Shown here piece by piece: positions 21,061-32,385 of a DNA stretch of 64,000 nucleotides (positions are counted from its first letter, which is position 1; each line of letters begins with the position of its first letter). The notes under the pieces are model-generated. The model had not been told where the DNA came from, searched no databases, and saw only the letters and a program-made list of their open reading frames with translations. The stretch spans positions 1,312,001-1,376,000 of the forward strand of contig CAVPQB010000004.1 in NCBI GenBank assembly GCA_963707505.1, written 5' to 3'. Source of the stretch: an uncultured Gemmatimonadales bacterium (GTDB taxonomy: Bacteria > Gemmatimonadota > Gemmatimonadetes > Gemmatimonadales > Gemmatimonadaceae). The position numbers and the translations under genes are program-made.

Positions 21061-22011
21061 TCATGTATCGATCCGTGCCATCTTCATCATTATCATGTAC
21101 CCGATGACGCAGGACATCACGCCGCCAGCGAGCATGTAGTGACCGGTTGTGCTCGCTCTGAATGGCGCCACAAACGCGGGGTTCAACGCGCCGATTGTAA
21201 GAAAGATCACGAGCGGCAGCACCGACAGAAAACGCCCCGACAGCTTGGGCTCCGAGGCGAGCGTCTCGATCTGTCCGCGCAACGCGACCCGATCGCGCAT
21301 CAGCGTGCCAAGATTACCAAGAAGCTCGGTGAGGTTGCCGCCAGTCTCGCGCTGGATCAGTACAGCTGTCACGAACATCTTGAGATTGATGCTGTCGATA
21401 CGCTCGTGCATCGCTGCCAACGCCGTTCGCACGTCGATTCCGAGTCGCTGTTCGTCGTAGAAGCGGCCAAACTCGGTGCCGAGCGGCGCTCCAAGCTCCT
21501 CGCTGATGAACTTCGCAGCCGCCTGGAACGAATAGCCGGCCTTCATGGCGTTCGACATCATGTCGAGCGCCTCCGGAAGCTGCGCGTCGAACGCGGCGAT
21601 TCGCCTGCGCTGCGCGTGGCCGAGCCACACCCACGGAATGAAGCCGGCGATTGTCGCGAGAAGAATCGATACCAGGAAGCCCACTCTTGCACCAAGTGCG
21701 AGGCCAGCTACAGCGAGCAACGCCGAGAAGAGTAAAAAGACGCCGGGCTTCTGCGCCGAACCGGCGCGTTGCAGGCGTGTGTGGATCACCTCGGTTACGT
21801 CGCGCCCCTTCAAAAGACGATCGAGAAACGGCACGGCGCTTACTGCGTCGTCTTTCAGAATCGTTTGTGGGCCGTTGACGAGCGTCTCGCCATGCAGTCG
21901 CGAGCGTACGGCATCGGCCTCGGCCAACGCGCGTCTGTTTGCAAACAGGTAGGCGCCGACGATCACGCCGAGCGTGGCGAGGAATACACCAGCGAGGATG
22001 ATGATCTGCAT
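21061..22011 (-). CDS. tadB: Tad inner-membrane platform protein TadB
   Basis: QLPEALDMMSNAMKAGYS, IQRETGGNLTE. Confidence 0.9.
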   Translation of the reverse strand: MQIIILAGVFLATLGVIVGAYLFANRRALAEADAVRSRLHGETLVNGPQTILKDDAVSAVPFLDRLLKGRDVTEVIHTRLQRAGSAQKPGVFLLFSALLAVAGLALGARVGFLVSILLATIAGFIPWVWLGHAQRRRIAAFDAQLPEALDMMSNAMKAGYSFQAAAKFISEELGAPLGTEFGRFYDEQRLGIDVRTALAAMHERIDSINLKMFVTAVLIQRETGGNLTELLGNLGTLMRDRVALRGQIETLASEPKLSGRFLSVLPLVIFLTIGALNPAFVAPFRASTTGHYMLAGGVMSCVIGYMIMMKMARIDT

Positions 22012-22016
22012 CGCCG

Positions 22017-23465
22017 TCAGTGGTCGGAGAAGATGGTCGCGCCGAACTCCACGCCGGCGAGGCGAAGACGCTCGGTGAACGCCGGCCGGATTCCCGTCGG
22101 CTCGAAGTCACCCAGGACCGTTCCGTCTGCGGCGATGCCGCGGCGCCGAAACCTGTAGATCTCCTGCACCGATATCACCGCCTCTTCCATTCCCGTCACC
22201 TCGACGATGCTTGTGATTCGGCGAGTGCCGTCGGACAGCCGTGACACCTGAATGATCACGTCGAGCGCCGACGAGATCTGCTCTCGCATCGCACGGTTGG
22301 GCAGGTTCGTTCCCGCCATCAGGATCATCGTCTCGAGGCGGGCGAGCGCGTCACGCGGAGTGTTGGCGTGAATCGTCGTCAGCGACCCTTCGTGGCCGGT
22401 GTTCATCGCCTGGAGCATGTCCAGCGCCTCGGCGGATCGCACCTCGCCGACGATGATTCGGTCCGGGCGCATGCGCAGCGCGTTCTTCACGAGATCGCGC
22501 GCAACCACCTCGCCCTGCCCTTCCGCGTTGGGCGGTCGCGTCTCGAGCCGAACGACGTGGTGCTGCTGCAGCCGCAGCTCGGCCGCGTCCTCGATGGTGA
22601 TGATGCGATGATCTGCCTGGATGAACGATGTCAGCGCATTGAGCAGCGTCGTCTTGCCCGCGCCGGTACCGCCCGAGATCAGAATGTTGAGCCGCGCACG
22701 CACACAACCGGCGAGCAGCTCCATCATTCCCTCGCTCATCGCGCCGTTGCCGAGCAGATTCTCGATCGCCAGATCGGCACCGAAGCGACGAATCGACAGC
22801 ACCGGTCCGTCGAGCGCGAGCGGCGGAATGATGGCGTTCACGCGCGACCCGTCGGGCAAGCCGCGCATCCACCATCGGCGACGACTCGTCGACGCGACGG
22901 CCGACACGACTCACGATGCGGTCGATGATCGCAGTGAGATGCGCATCATTTCGGAAGGACGTGGCGACTCTCGTCAACTTGCCGCGGCGCTCGACGTAGA
23001 TCATCTTCGAGCCGTTCACGAGAATGTCGCTGATCGACGGATCGCGGAACAGCGGCTCGATCGGCCCGAGTCCGATCACCTCGTAGATGATCTGCTCGAT
23101 GATCTCTTCACGCTGGCTCTGGCTGAGCGGAGTCGGCTCGTCGCGTAGGAAATCGAGAACCGCGCGCCGGATCTCCGCCGAGAGACACGCTCGTCCTTGA
23201 TCTTCTCCAGCGCGTCGAGATCGAGCCGCTCGATGAGCTTGCGGTGCAGATCGATCTTGAGCTGGTCGACCGCGCCGAGCGTCTCTTCCTCGATACGGTG
23301 CGTGTACATGCCCGATGCGGACGCCGTCGCGGCTGGCTTCGTCGCAACTGGCGGCGGGAACATCGGTGAGGTTATTGTCACCGATGGTGTGGCTGTTGGC
23401 GCGGCACCATTTCCATTGGCATCCGGCGACGGAACGCGTCCCATCAAACGACTTTTAAGTGACAC
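22017..23465 (-). CDS. cpaF: Tad assembly ATPase CpaF/TadA, frameshifts near 23185 and 22870
   Basis: [43 protein letters not shown] and MNTGHEG spread over three ORFs. GTG 23465 follows GGGAGG. Confidence 0.92.
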
Positions 23466-24673
23466 TTGGAGACCTCCCGGTGAGTCCGAACAGACTGCGC
23501 AGGCGTGAGCGCTCCGGCGCCGTCGCGACGGCGGGACGCGTGGGATCACGTGGCGCGACCGCGCCGCGCAGCTTGGCCGCGAGCTGCCCGTAGCTTCGCG
23601 CCAGCTTGGATCCCGCCGCCTCCTGCGACACTGATATTCCCTTGTTCAGCGAGGCAACCGACGTCCGATAGTCATTCGGCAGATTCCAGAACAGTTCGTG
23701 CTTCAGCGACTCGGCGACCATCGGCAGCGTGAACACATCACCCGACTGGAACCGGTTGAGGACCACACATGACTTTGTCTCGGCGTAGCCAAGCCTGCGA
23801 AACAGCGCGAGCGTACGTTGTGTGCTGCGCAGCGACGGGACGTTGGGCTGGGTGACGAGTAGCAATTCGATCGGCTGCATCGAGGATCGCGAGCGTTCGC
23901 TCGCTCATGTGATGCTCGCAATCGATCACGGTCACGTCGAAGTTGGCACGCAGCTGATCCACGACTACACCGACCGTGGCGGCATCGAACGAGTCGTCCA
24001 TCACCGGATCTTCGCTGGATGGGAGAACCGATACACCCATTGGTCCCGCGGTCATCAGAGACTTCAACAATGCGCCATCGACTCCGTCGAGCTTGTCCAC
24101 CAGGTCGCTGATATCGTACGCAGGCTGCAGGTTGAGGAATACGCGCACGTCGCCGCCGGTGAAGACGCAATCGGCCAGCGCGACCTTCGCGCGCGTATCA
24201 TTCGCCGCAAACGCCTGCGCCATGTTCACCGCAATGCTGGTGGTGCCGAGCCCGCCCTTGGCGCTGTACACCGCTACCACCTGGCCGCTGTGATCGGTGG
24301 CGCCCCCGCGTATTATCAGCCGCTCGACTGCAGCCGCGAGATCCTGCTGAGTCGGTGGAAAGATCAGGAACTCGTGCACTCCTGCCCGCATCGCGCGCAG
24401 AATGAGATCGGGATCGGCAGTTGGCGCCGTGCCGACCACGGACAGAGTCGCACGCCCCCGTATCTCCCGCTCCAGCATAGCAAGCTGACTCGGATCGATG
24501 TGCTGCAGCGGCACCACCAGCAGGTCGAACGGCTCGGCGCGCAACCGTCCAAGTGCCTGGTCCAGCCGTGGCGATGGAACGATCGTCGTGAAGCCGAAAC
24601 GGCTGAGCGCATCCGCGACGATGTCGGGCGAGCCAGCCGAATCGGCGACGACTATTGCGCGGCGCTGCGCCAT
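23455..24673 (-). CDS. cpaE: CpaE/TadZ (receiver-like plus MinD-like ATPase), frameshift near 23870
   Basis: LRAMRAGVHEFL, SAKGGLGTT, VVLNR, LPNDY. Confidence 0.88.
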
Positions 24674-25882
24674 CTATCGAGGCTCCGGTTTCGCAACAGG
24701 GGGGAGTCGATCCTGTATCGCACCGCGCGCCGGAAGCGCCGTGTCGGGGACGATTTGCAGAGTGTCCACGGGCCGCGTGTGCATCGGATCTATCACCACC
24801 GGTGTGACGACTACGAGCAGCTCCGTCTCGTCGTTCTGCCACTGGGTGCTCGAGAAGAGCTGGCCGAGAATCGGAATGTCCTGCAGAAACGGAATCCCGG
24901 TCTTCACAAGATTGCGCGCATTGTTGAACAGTCCCGAGATGATGAGGCTCTGATCCCTCCGGACATCGACTGTCGTCGTTACACGTCTCGTCTGGAATGC
25001 GGGAATGCGGAAGCCAGACAGTGTGATCGCGTTGTTATTGTCGATGCTCGATACTTCCGGCGCGAGCGACAGCTTGATGAGACTGTCGTTGAGAATCTCA
25101 GGTACGAATTTGAGCTTGACGCCGAACTCCTTGAACATGATCGTGACCGTGTTGGTGCCGCTGCCTGACTGGCCGCCCTGCACGATCGGAATCGGAATCT
25201 CGCCGCCAGCGAGGAACGTTGCCGTGTCGCGATTCCCAGCGAGGACATCCGGCTCCGCGAGTGTCCGCGAAAGACCTTTCTGTTCGTTCGCATCGAGCAG
25301 CGCGAGCAATCGCTTGGTGTTGAAGTCTGTCAGTACGGTCAGGAATCCGGTGGTTCCCGGAAGCGTGATGGATCCGTCGCCGTTGAACACGTTGTCGGTG
25401 TTGAAGACGCCGGTGCCGATGCGCTCATGGCCCTGGGGGTCGCGATACCGCGCAGATACGCCAATCGTTCGAAGCAGGGTGCGATTCACCTCGGCGAACC
25501 GTATGTAAACCGCCACCTGCCGCCGGTCCGCCGGTGACCGCACCGAAACGCGCAGGTGCTGGCGTGTCCCGTTCGCGAGCCAGAGAACAGCGTCCGTCTC
25601 GCCGATTGCCTTCGCATTTATCACGAACTCACGATCGCTCACGACTATGAGATCCGCGATGTCCGGCGACGCGACCGACGCCTTCGTGAGTGCGACCGGT
25701 GTCGTCACGGGCAACGATCGTCCCACGGACAGGTCGATCATCGAGATCGGATCGGCGCGCCCCTGCGTCTCGGGCCCGTAAACCGCTACACTCTGCGCGA
25801 GTGCCGTGCCCACGGCGCCGAGCGCGAACGAGGCTGCTGTTGCGAGCGCTGCCGTGGTGATCCGGATGTTCGTAAGCGACAA
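24674..25882 (-). CDS. cpaC: Tad secretin RcpA/CpaC
   Basis: LAEP..ATFLAGGEIPIP, FKEFGVKL, IPILGQLF, ETELLVVVTP. Likely TTG start at 25882. Confidence 0.92.
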   Translation of the reverse strand: MSLTNIRITTAALATAASFALGAVGTALAQSVAVYGPETQGRADPISMIDLSVGRSLPVTTPVALTKASVASPDIADLIVVSDREFVINAKAIGETDAVLWLANGTRQHLRVSVRSPADRRQVAVYIRFAEVNRTLLRTIGVSARYRDPQGHERIGTGVFNTDNVFNGDGSITLPGTTGFLTVLTDFNTKRLLALLDANEQKGLSRTLAEPDVLAGNRDTATFLAGGEIPIPIVQGGQSGSGTNTVTIMFKEFGVKLKFVPEILNDSLIKLSLAPEVSSIDNNNAITLSGFRIPAFQTRRVTTTVDVRRDQSLIISGLFNNARNLVKTGIPFLQDIPILGQLFSSTQWQNDETELLVVVTPVVIDPMHTRPVDTLQIVPDTALPARGAIQDRLPPVAKPEPR

Positions 25883-25956
25883 GAATTCCTCTCTGAGTGA
25901 AGAAAGAGCGCATGTAAGCTTGCTGCGAGTGATCCTGCGTACCCATATCTCCCCCG

Positions 25957-26877
25957 TCACGGCGATTTCGGGACGCCACCGGTGGTCGGCTTCTCGAAGG
26001 TCTGCTTGGTCGGCTTCTCGGCGCGATACACGCTCACGGTCACCGAATCGGGCGGCGCTGGCTTGGCCATCACGACCGCCACCGGCACCGGTTGCGGCGG
26101 CGGCGCCGCCACGCGTCGCCGAATCTCGCGGTGCGGAGGGGTTGGAGCAACGGCCGGTGCGCCGCGTAGCAGAGCGAGAACATCCTTGGATGTGGCGCCG
26201 GCGGTGCGCACGGTATCAGGATCGCCGTAACCGCGAAGCACCAGCTGTATGCTGCCCTTGTTCATCGCAACCGCAAGCTGCTCGGCTTCCCGCGGCGTTA
26301 CGCCGAGCGTGACGGTGGTCGCGTTGTTCGGCTTGCCGTTCTCGTCGCGCTGCACTTCGGTGCCAACGGAAAGCACGCGCATGTTCTCCATGAATAGCTT
26401 GGCCATCTGCGTATCGCGATTGTTCGCGTCCTCCGCCAGCGTCACGAGTACATCCACACGGCTGTTCGGTTGCAGGAGACCGCTGATCCCCGCAACATCA
26501 TTGATGCGCACCGCCATCGCGCGCGTCCCCGGCGCGATCTTCTGCTCCAGTCCAGCACCCGCGCCGAGCGGCGCCAGGCGTCCTGGCACTATCGCCTCTC
26601 CGTTGAAGACAGCGATGCGAGTGACGCGTCCAACCGCGGAGTCGATCGATGAAAAAGCTCCCACAGGAACGGTCGCAATTGGCCAGTTGCGCGTGGTGAG
26701 CGCAAGCCGGTCCAGCGAAACTCCCTCGGGAAGATCCTTTGTCGCGATGACTACGGGCTGCGTGGGAACTCGTGTCTGATCGCGCAGCGATCCCAGCATG
26801 CGATAGGCGCCGAACGTCGCGATCGCCGCGACAATGAGGGCGCCGTAGAGAACCATCGTGTACCGTCGTTCAGCCAT
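25957..26877 (-). CDS. cpaB: Flp pilus assembly protein CpaB/RcpC
   Basis: SAF-like VVIATKDLPEG, RAMAVRINDVAGISGLLQP..VDVLVT, IQLVLR. Confidence 0.92.
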   Translation of the reverse strand: MAERRYTMVLYGALIVAAIATFGAYRMLGSLRDQTRVPTQPVVIATKDLPEGVSLDRLALTTRNWPIATVPVGAFSSIDSAVGRVTRIAVFNGEAIVPGRLAPLGAGAGLEQKIAPGTRAMAVRINDVAGISGLLQPNSRVDVLVTLAEDANNRDTQMAKLFMENMRVLSVGTEVQRDENGKPNNATTVTLGVTPREAEQLAVAMNKGSIQLVLRGYGDPDTVRTAGATSKDVLALLRGAPAVAPTPPHREIRRRVAAPPPQPVPVAVVMAKPAPPDSVTVSVYRAEKPTKQTFEKPTTGGVPKSP

Positions 26878-26942
26878 CGGTCCAACCTCAGCGTGTAAGC
26901 GTTGCGGAACTGCGAATCGCGTGCATTGGTCTTCGACACAGG

Positions 26943-27362
26943 TCAGCCGCTACTTCGTTCCAGCCGGAAGGTCGCCTGACGAGTAATGGAGATGTTGGCG
27001 CCAAGCAGTGAGGCGAGCGGCGTGATAGTCGGCCAGGGATAATTGGTGACCTTGACAATCACGCTGCCAGGCACTGTTGCGACGTCAATGGAAATCTCAG
27101 CATCCGTGATTGCGGGACTGCCGAACGGAGTGAACGCGGCTTCGACGCGCGCCTTTACTACCGCCTGACTCGCGACTGGGTCGGCCAATACCGCCGCCTC
27201 TCGCGCACCTTCACGCACCGCACTGGCCATGCTGTTGGCTGTGAACAACAACCGTCCAAAATCGATCACTCCCCACACAAGCAGCAGGAAGATCGGGAGC
27301 ACGATGGCCATCTCGACCATTGCGGCACCGTCGTCTCGGCGAACGAGTCTGGAGAGACGCAT
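26943..27362 (-). CDS. tadE: TadE-family pseudopilin
   Basis: GAAMVEMAIVLP..AVREGAREAAV. Confidence 0.88.
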   Translation of the reverse strand: MRLSRLVRRDDGAAMVEMAIVLPIFLLLVWGVIDFGRLLFTANSMASAVREGAREAAVLADPVASQAVVKARVEAAFTPFGSPAITDAEISIDVATVPGSVIVKVTNYPWPTITPLASLLGANISITRQATFRLERSSG

Positions 27363-27369
27363 GCGATCC

Positions 27370-27915
27370 TCAGCTAAGGAGTGGTAAGAATGCAGCGGTC
27401 ATCGCGCCAATCGCGAGCGCGACGCCGTATGGAATCGCGCGGCGCGATTTCACATCGACACTGTGATTCACAACCCGGCGCGGATTCGCTATTGCCATGG
27501 CGGCTGTGGCAACGGTCCCGCTCGGTCCGTATGCGAACAGCATCCACACGACAGCCAGAAGACCTCCGGCGAGCGCGCCGATAAGCGCACCGTTGAGCGT
27601 CCGCGCGGGTCCAAGCCAGGCGCCGGCCGCGGCGAAGAGTTTCACATCGCCAGCGCCCAGCCAGCGAACCGCATACAACGGCAACCAGAGCACGAGACCG
27701 AGAAGCAATCCTCCGATGCTCGCCGCGAGAGCATCACGCGGGGCGCCCGATGCCGCCACGGAGTACGCGACGCCAGTCACACCAAGGAGCGCGACTACGC
27801 TGTTTGGAATGCGCCTGCGTTGAACATCAGACACACACGCACAGAGCAGGAGCGTCGCGAATATTGCGAAGCCAACCGCGCCAACTATTGAACCCGCGAA
27901 CAAAGATGCTCTCAT
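27370..27915 (-). CDS. cpaA: A24 prepilin peptidase CpaA/TadV
   Basis: SDVQRRRIPN, GAGDVKL, IPYGVAL. Confidence 0.92.
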   Translation of the reverse strand: MRASLFAGSIVGAVGFAIFATLLLCACVSDVQRRRIPNSVVALLGVTGVAYSVAASGAPRDALAASIGGLLLGLVLWLPLYAVRWLGAGDVKLFAAAGAWLGPARTLNGALIGALAGGLLAVVWMLFAYGPSGTVATAAMAIANPRRVVNHSVDVKSRRAIPYGVALAIGAMTAAFLPLLS

Positions 27916-28000
27916 GCGTTACCAGAGTCCGGGACGAAGGTGCATCCTGCACGCACACGACCCGGCTAGGAGGTCGGCCGAGTGAGAGTGCCGGACACTT

Positions 28001-28171
28001 CTACAATCCCGCACTGGCATTGGCGAATCCGGCCTGAATCTGCCCGCCGAGTGTGGTGATGATTCCGAAGCACACCGCAGCGACCAGTGCGAGCATTATC
28101 CCGTACTCGACCATCGTTGCGCCGTTCTCGTCGGCGATCATTGCTCGAACCGCTCCAGCAAGCTGCGCCAT
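28001..28171 (-). CDS. flp: Flp type IVb pilin 3
   Basis: DENG|ATMVEYGIMLALVA; AGGAGG SD before ATG 28171. Confidence 0.92.
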   Translation of the reverse strand: MAQLAGAVRAMIADENGATMVEYGIMLALVAAVCFGIITTLGGQIQAGFANASAGL

Positions 28172-28209
28172 CCACAACCTCCTACGGTTGATCTGGAAAC
28201 TAGCTCGCT

Positions 28210-28246
28210 TCACCTCGACGACGGTCGGTTGGCGCCGTCGAGGTGA
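28210..28246. other. Intergenic stem-loop between flp2 and flp3
   Basis: TCACCTCGACG / CGTCGAGGTGA, a perfect 11-bp stem with no long U tract. Confidence 0.55.
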
Positions 28247-28261
28247 CGAAAGCGGCGAAGG

Positions 28262-28441
28262 TCAGGCGCCGGCGATGGCGTTGCTGACGTTCGTGAACGC
28301 GGTGTTGATCTGGGTACCGAGCGTGGTGACGATGCCGACACATACTGCGGCGATTAGTGCGACCATCATCCCATATTCCACCATCGTCGCTCCCTCGTCC
28401 CCGCAGACGAAGGCGCGCGCAGCTTGCACGATCCCGTTCAT
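28262..28441 (-). CDS. flp: Flp type IVb pilin 2
   Basis: DEG|ATMVEYGMMVALIAAVCVG. Confidence 0.92.
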   Translation of the reverse strand: MNGIVQAARAFVCGDEGATMVEYGMMVALIAAVCVGIVTTLGTQINTAFTNVSNAIAGA

Positions 28442-28546
28442 TGTGCGATCCCCATGTAAGGAGTTGAACGAATTCATCGGACCGGGTTGGCAGCTGACCA
28501 GCCAGTGTGTCGCTGTTTGGTCGGCCCGCCGCCATCGCGCCTTCGT

Positions 28547-28717
28547 CTACAGCGCAGTGCTTACCGTAGTGAACGCGGTTCTGATCTGGGTGCCAAGCGT
28601 CGTTACAATTCCAACACATACGGCGGCGATAAGTGCGACCATCATCCCATACTCGACCATCGTTGCGCCATCCTCATTCGTTAGAAACGAACGGAAACCG
28701 CCAGCGAGCTTCTTCAT
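28547..28717 (-). CDS. flp: Flp type IVb pilin 1
   Basis: EDG|ATMVEYGMMVALIAAVCVG; AGGAGA SD before ATG 28717. Confidence 0.92.
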   Translation of the reverse strand: MKKLAGGFRSFLTNEDGATMVEYGMMVALIAAVCVGIVTTLGTQIRTAFTTVSTAL

Positions 28718-28805
28718 CGAGAATCTCCTAACAAATGGAAGGTGTGTGCGCTTCTGACAATCACATGACCAAAGCGCGCCTGTGACAGATATTGTTGGAC
28801 GGCAG

Positions 28806-28820
28806 GCCAGAGGCGTGCCA
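28806..28820 (-). promoter_or_regulatory. Candidate sigma54 (-24/-12) promoter of the flp-tad operon
   Basis: TGGCACGCCTCTGGC versus consensus TGGCACG-N4-TTGC, with correct GG-N10-GC spacing, about 90 nt upstream of flp1. Confidence 0.6.
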
Positions 28821-28890
28821 TTTATGCACGCTGCCGCACGCAGTTCCACGACCATTCTTGCCGAGAACGTCATCGTGTACCATTTGACAC

Positions 28891-28903
28891 GATCAAATAG
28901 TTA
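28891..28903 (+). promoter_or_regulatory. Candidate IHF site
   Basis: GATCAAATAGTTA versus WATCAANNNNTTR (one mismatch), about 70 bp upstream of the -24 element. Confidence 0.4.
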
Positions 28904-29100
28904 CAGAGACGCAGGTTACGAAGTGCACTAAGACTTCGGCGATGCGCGCGCCGTGCGGTGGGGCAGCCCCGGTAAAGTGCGATCTTTAGGGAATTAGTAC
29001 AGGCGGATTGTGGCTTTTGTGCATCATATGGTGCGACATCGCTACGCGACGGGGACCTTATGGAGTGTGGACGCTTCGCAGTGCACCCTGTGCCCCACGC

Positions 29101-29859
29101 TTAATACGCTCGAGCAACTGCGCGTCGATGTATTGGCCCCAATGCACCAACGCGCATCCGGTATGCGGCGTACTCCGGAAATACGGCCATCAGAACACCC
29201 TCTTCATATCTGATGCGCGCCCATGTCATCGCGAACCACACGGCCATGATGATGAGGACCTGGATCGTCGGATGCTGGAGTGCGAGACCCGCATAGCTCA
29301 ACAGGTACGCCAGATACAGCGGATGTCTCGCTATCGCGTACGGCCCTCGTGTAACCAGCCCTCGCGCCGCGGGCTCGAGACTGATCGAGTATCGGAGATA
29401 CCACAGTCCCCAAGCGGACATGCACGCGCCGCTGAAGATGAGAATGTTGCCGGTCGGTATCGCCCAATGTGCGATCGTCGGAAACGTACGCGCAACCGGC
29501 GTCAGCCACGACGGCTCTCGTGCTGCGGCGAATGCCAGGAATAGCGGCACCATGAACGTAGCGCCATATGCGGCGACGCGCGGACCCAGCCCGCGGACCG
29601 AAGCGCGTGCACGTCGTCGGCCGAGGAACGCCAGTCCGGCCGCTACCTCATACGCGAATACGGGAATCAGTGCCAACGACACTGTCGGGGCGATTCGCAC
29701 GTCCCATGCGGCAAGCGCGAGGAACGCAAGGCATCCCACGATGTCGGACCAGTGTCGCCCGGTCGCGTTCGCCGAGGCTTCGTCGTGGATGACTACCTGT
29801 GCAGCTGTTGCGGGTGTCGCGACTGGCGCGCTCGGCGCGTCTGGAGCGGGATTGCGCAT
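29101..29859 (-). CDS. Isoprenylcysteine/phospholipid methyltransferase-family membrane protein
   Basis: LVTRGPYAIARHPLY, EEGVL..FPEYAAY, several TM segments. Confidence 0.8.
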   Translation of the reverse strand: MRNPAPDAPSAPVATPATAAQVVIHDEASANATGRHWSDIVGCLAFLALAAWDVRIAPTVSLALIPVFAYEVAAGLAFLGRRRARASVRGLGPRVAAYGATFMVPLFLAFAAAREPSWLTPVARTFPTIAHWAIPTGNILIFSGACMSAWGLWYLRYSISLEPAARGLVTRGPYAIARHPLYLAYLLSYAGLALQHPTIQVLIIMAVWFAMTWARIRYEEGVLMAVFPEYAAYRMRVGALGPIHRRAVARAY

Positions 29860-29973
29860 CGGTTTTATCCCGGTGGTGCGTGCCTGAAAAAGGTAACGCC
29901 CCCGGACAGCGCACGCGAGTTGCCTTCATAGAGCAATGGAGCGATGACCGCTCACCGTACGCCCCGATAGAAA

Positions 29974-30893
<920 letters not shown>

Positions 30894-30897
<4 letters not shown>

Positions 30898-31163
30898 GTC
30901 CGATACCAGACTCTGAGAAACTGATACCACTCGTTCACCGACGTCATCGCCTCTTCGGTTTCAACCCGGCCGTCGTTGGTTCCCTCGCTTCTGTCCATGG
31001 TAATGTTCGGGAGCACGACCGTTTCGATATTCGTCGGCTCGATGCCGTTCGCCTCGATCCACTCATTCGCAACCGCAACCGCCGCGTCGAAGTTCTCCAT
31101 CTGATCAGCGTGAAGCATGCCGCGCTTGATGAGGTGTGGCGCAAAGTCGTGATAGGCGATCAT
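30894..31163 (-). CDS. Hypothetical protein (89 aa)
   Basis: Overlaps both neighbours by 4 nt; protein-like composition. Confidence 0.65.
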
Positions 31164-31816
31164 TGTCCGGTCGTTGGTTGCGGCTGTGACGTGGTTGGGG
31201 TGCTGTCGGCCTTCTGCGCGACGCCCATCTCCTTGAGTTTCCTGCCCAGCACCTGCTCGGCCTGCTCATACGTCGCGTGCAGATCGTTTTCCGATGTCAC
31301 GACCTCGCGCAGATAGTTGTCGGCGCTGCGCACAGCCATGTCGGCCTCGCCAGGCTTGAAGTTGCTGGCGTCCATCATCGACTGGAATCCCGCACGACTG
31401 TCCTCGCGGAATCGGTCCTGAAGCGTGTACGTCAGCGAAAGCGCGCGGACCGTTTCATAGTCGAGATGAGTCAATGCGCCGGTCAGGGTCGCGGTCTGCC
31501 ACGCAGTCTGCAGCAGGAAAGGAGGACGCAGTCCGTCGATTCCTATTGAGCTCTGAAACTCCGCCTGCGTGCGTATCGAGTGCGATTTCTCCGCCTTCTG
31601 CAGTATCGAGCGAAGGCCTTCGTGATACAATAGGATGTCATCGACGCGCGCCTCGTTCTGTCGTATCTCGGTCGCGAAATTGGACATCGATTCGGTCGCC
31701 AGCTCGCGCGCGGCTCTGCGCTGTTTCCACTGGTCCACCCACAGCGCCAGCAGAATGCTGACGGTTACGGCAATCGACTGAACTATCACCTCTGCTAGCC
31801 ACGCTGGTTTGCGCAT
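31160..31816 (-). CDS. Hypothetical single-TM helical protein
   Basis: N-terminal TM (VSILLALWVDQW) followed by a helical region. Confidence 0.7.
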   Translation of the reverse strand: MRKPAWLAEVIVQSIAVTVSILLALWVDQWKQRRAARELATESMSNFATEIRQNEARVDDILLYHEGLRSILQKAEKSHSIRTQAEFQSSIGIDGLRPPFLLQTAWQTATLTGALTHLDYETVRALSLTYTLQDRFREDSRAGFQSMMDASNFKPGEADMAVRSADNYLREVVTSENDLHATYEQAEQVLGRKLKEMGVAQKADSTPTTSQPQPTTGQ

Positions 31817-31842
31817 GATTACAGCGATCTGCGTAGCAAGGA

Positions 31843-32385
31843 CTACTTGAGCGGATACCCTGGGTCCGACGGCAGCTTGCCGTCGATCCTGAGAACCTTC
31901 GAGTTGGGCGTTACCGCCGAAGCGAGAACGAAGGTAATCGATCCGGGAACGTTGTCCACGAGACTGATCGCCATGTCCGAGCTGTACACGATCTTGGGAC
32001 CGCCAGCGACTTCGGCGCGAAACATCTTGCCGATCCAGTACTGCCTGAACTGATCCTCGTCCATGCGATAGATCAGATCCAGCACCACGGCGCGCTCGGG
32101 CGCGACCGGTGCGCGCACGAGCAGTGTGATCTTGGACCGGTCCGGCCAGAACTGTTGCTGACCGAGAAATATCCGGCGCAATTCCGCGAACGAAAGATCC
32201 GTGACGGCGGTGTGCGGATTCACGACTATCGCAACCGCCTGGCGCGCGGCGGACCCGCTCGCCTGCGCATCAGGATGACGGAACGGGATGCACAGTATCA
32301 CAGCGCAGCACAACGTGATGCGCATAAGCGATCGCGCGAGAACTGCGCGCACCTTGAATTGCGATATGCTTTGCGGCTCCATCAT
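31843..32385 (-). CDS. Small PstS/PBP-like periplasmic protein
   Basis: AIVVNP..LSFAELRRIFLG..W..GSITFV..VLRIDGKLP. Confidence 0.7.
   Translation of the reverse strand: MMEPQSISQFKVRAVLARSLMRITLCCAVILCIPFRHPDAQASGSAARQAVAIVVNPHTAVTDLSFAELRRIFLGQQQFWPDRSKITLLVRAPVAPERAVVLDLIYRMDEDQFRQYWIGKMFRAEVAGGPKIVYSSDMAISLVDNVPGSITFVLASAVTPNSKVLRIDGKLPSDPGYPLK

Noticed and set aside
28718..29100. c-di-GMP riboswitch upstream of the pilins
   Set aside because: I could not identify the conserved GEMM stems by eye. An Infernal/Rfam scan would be decisive.
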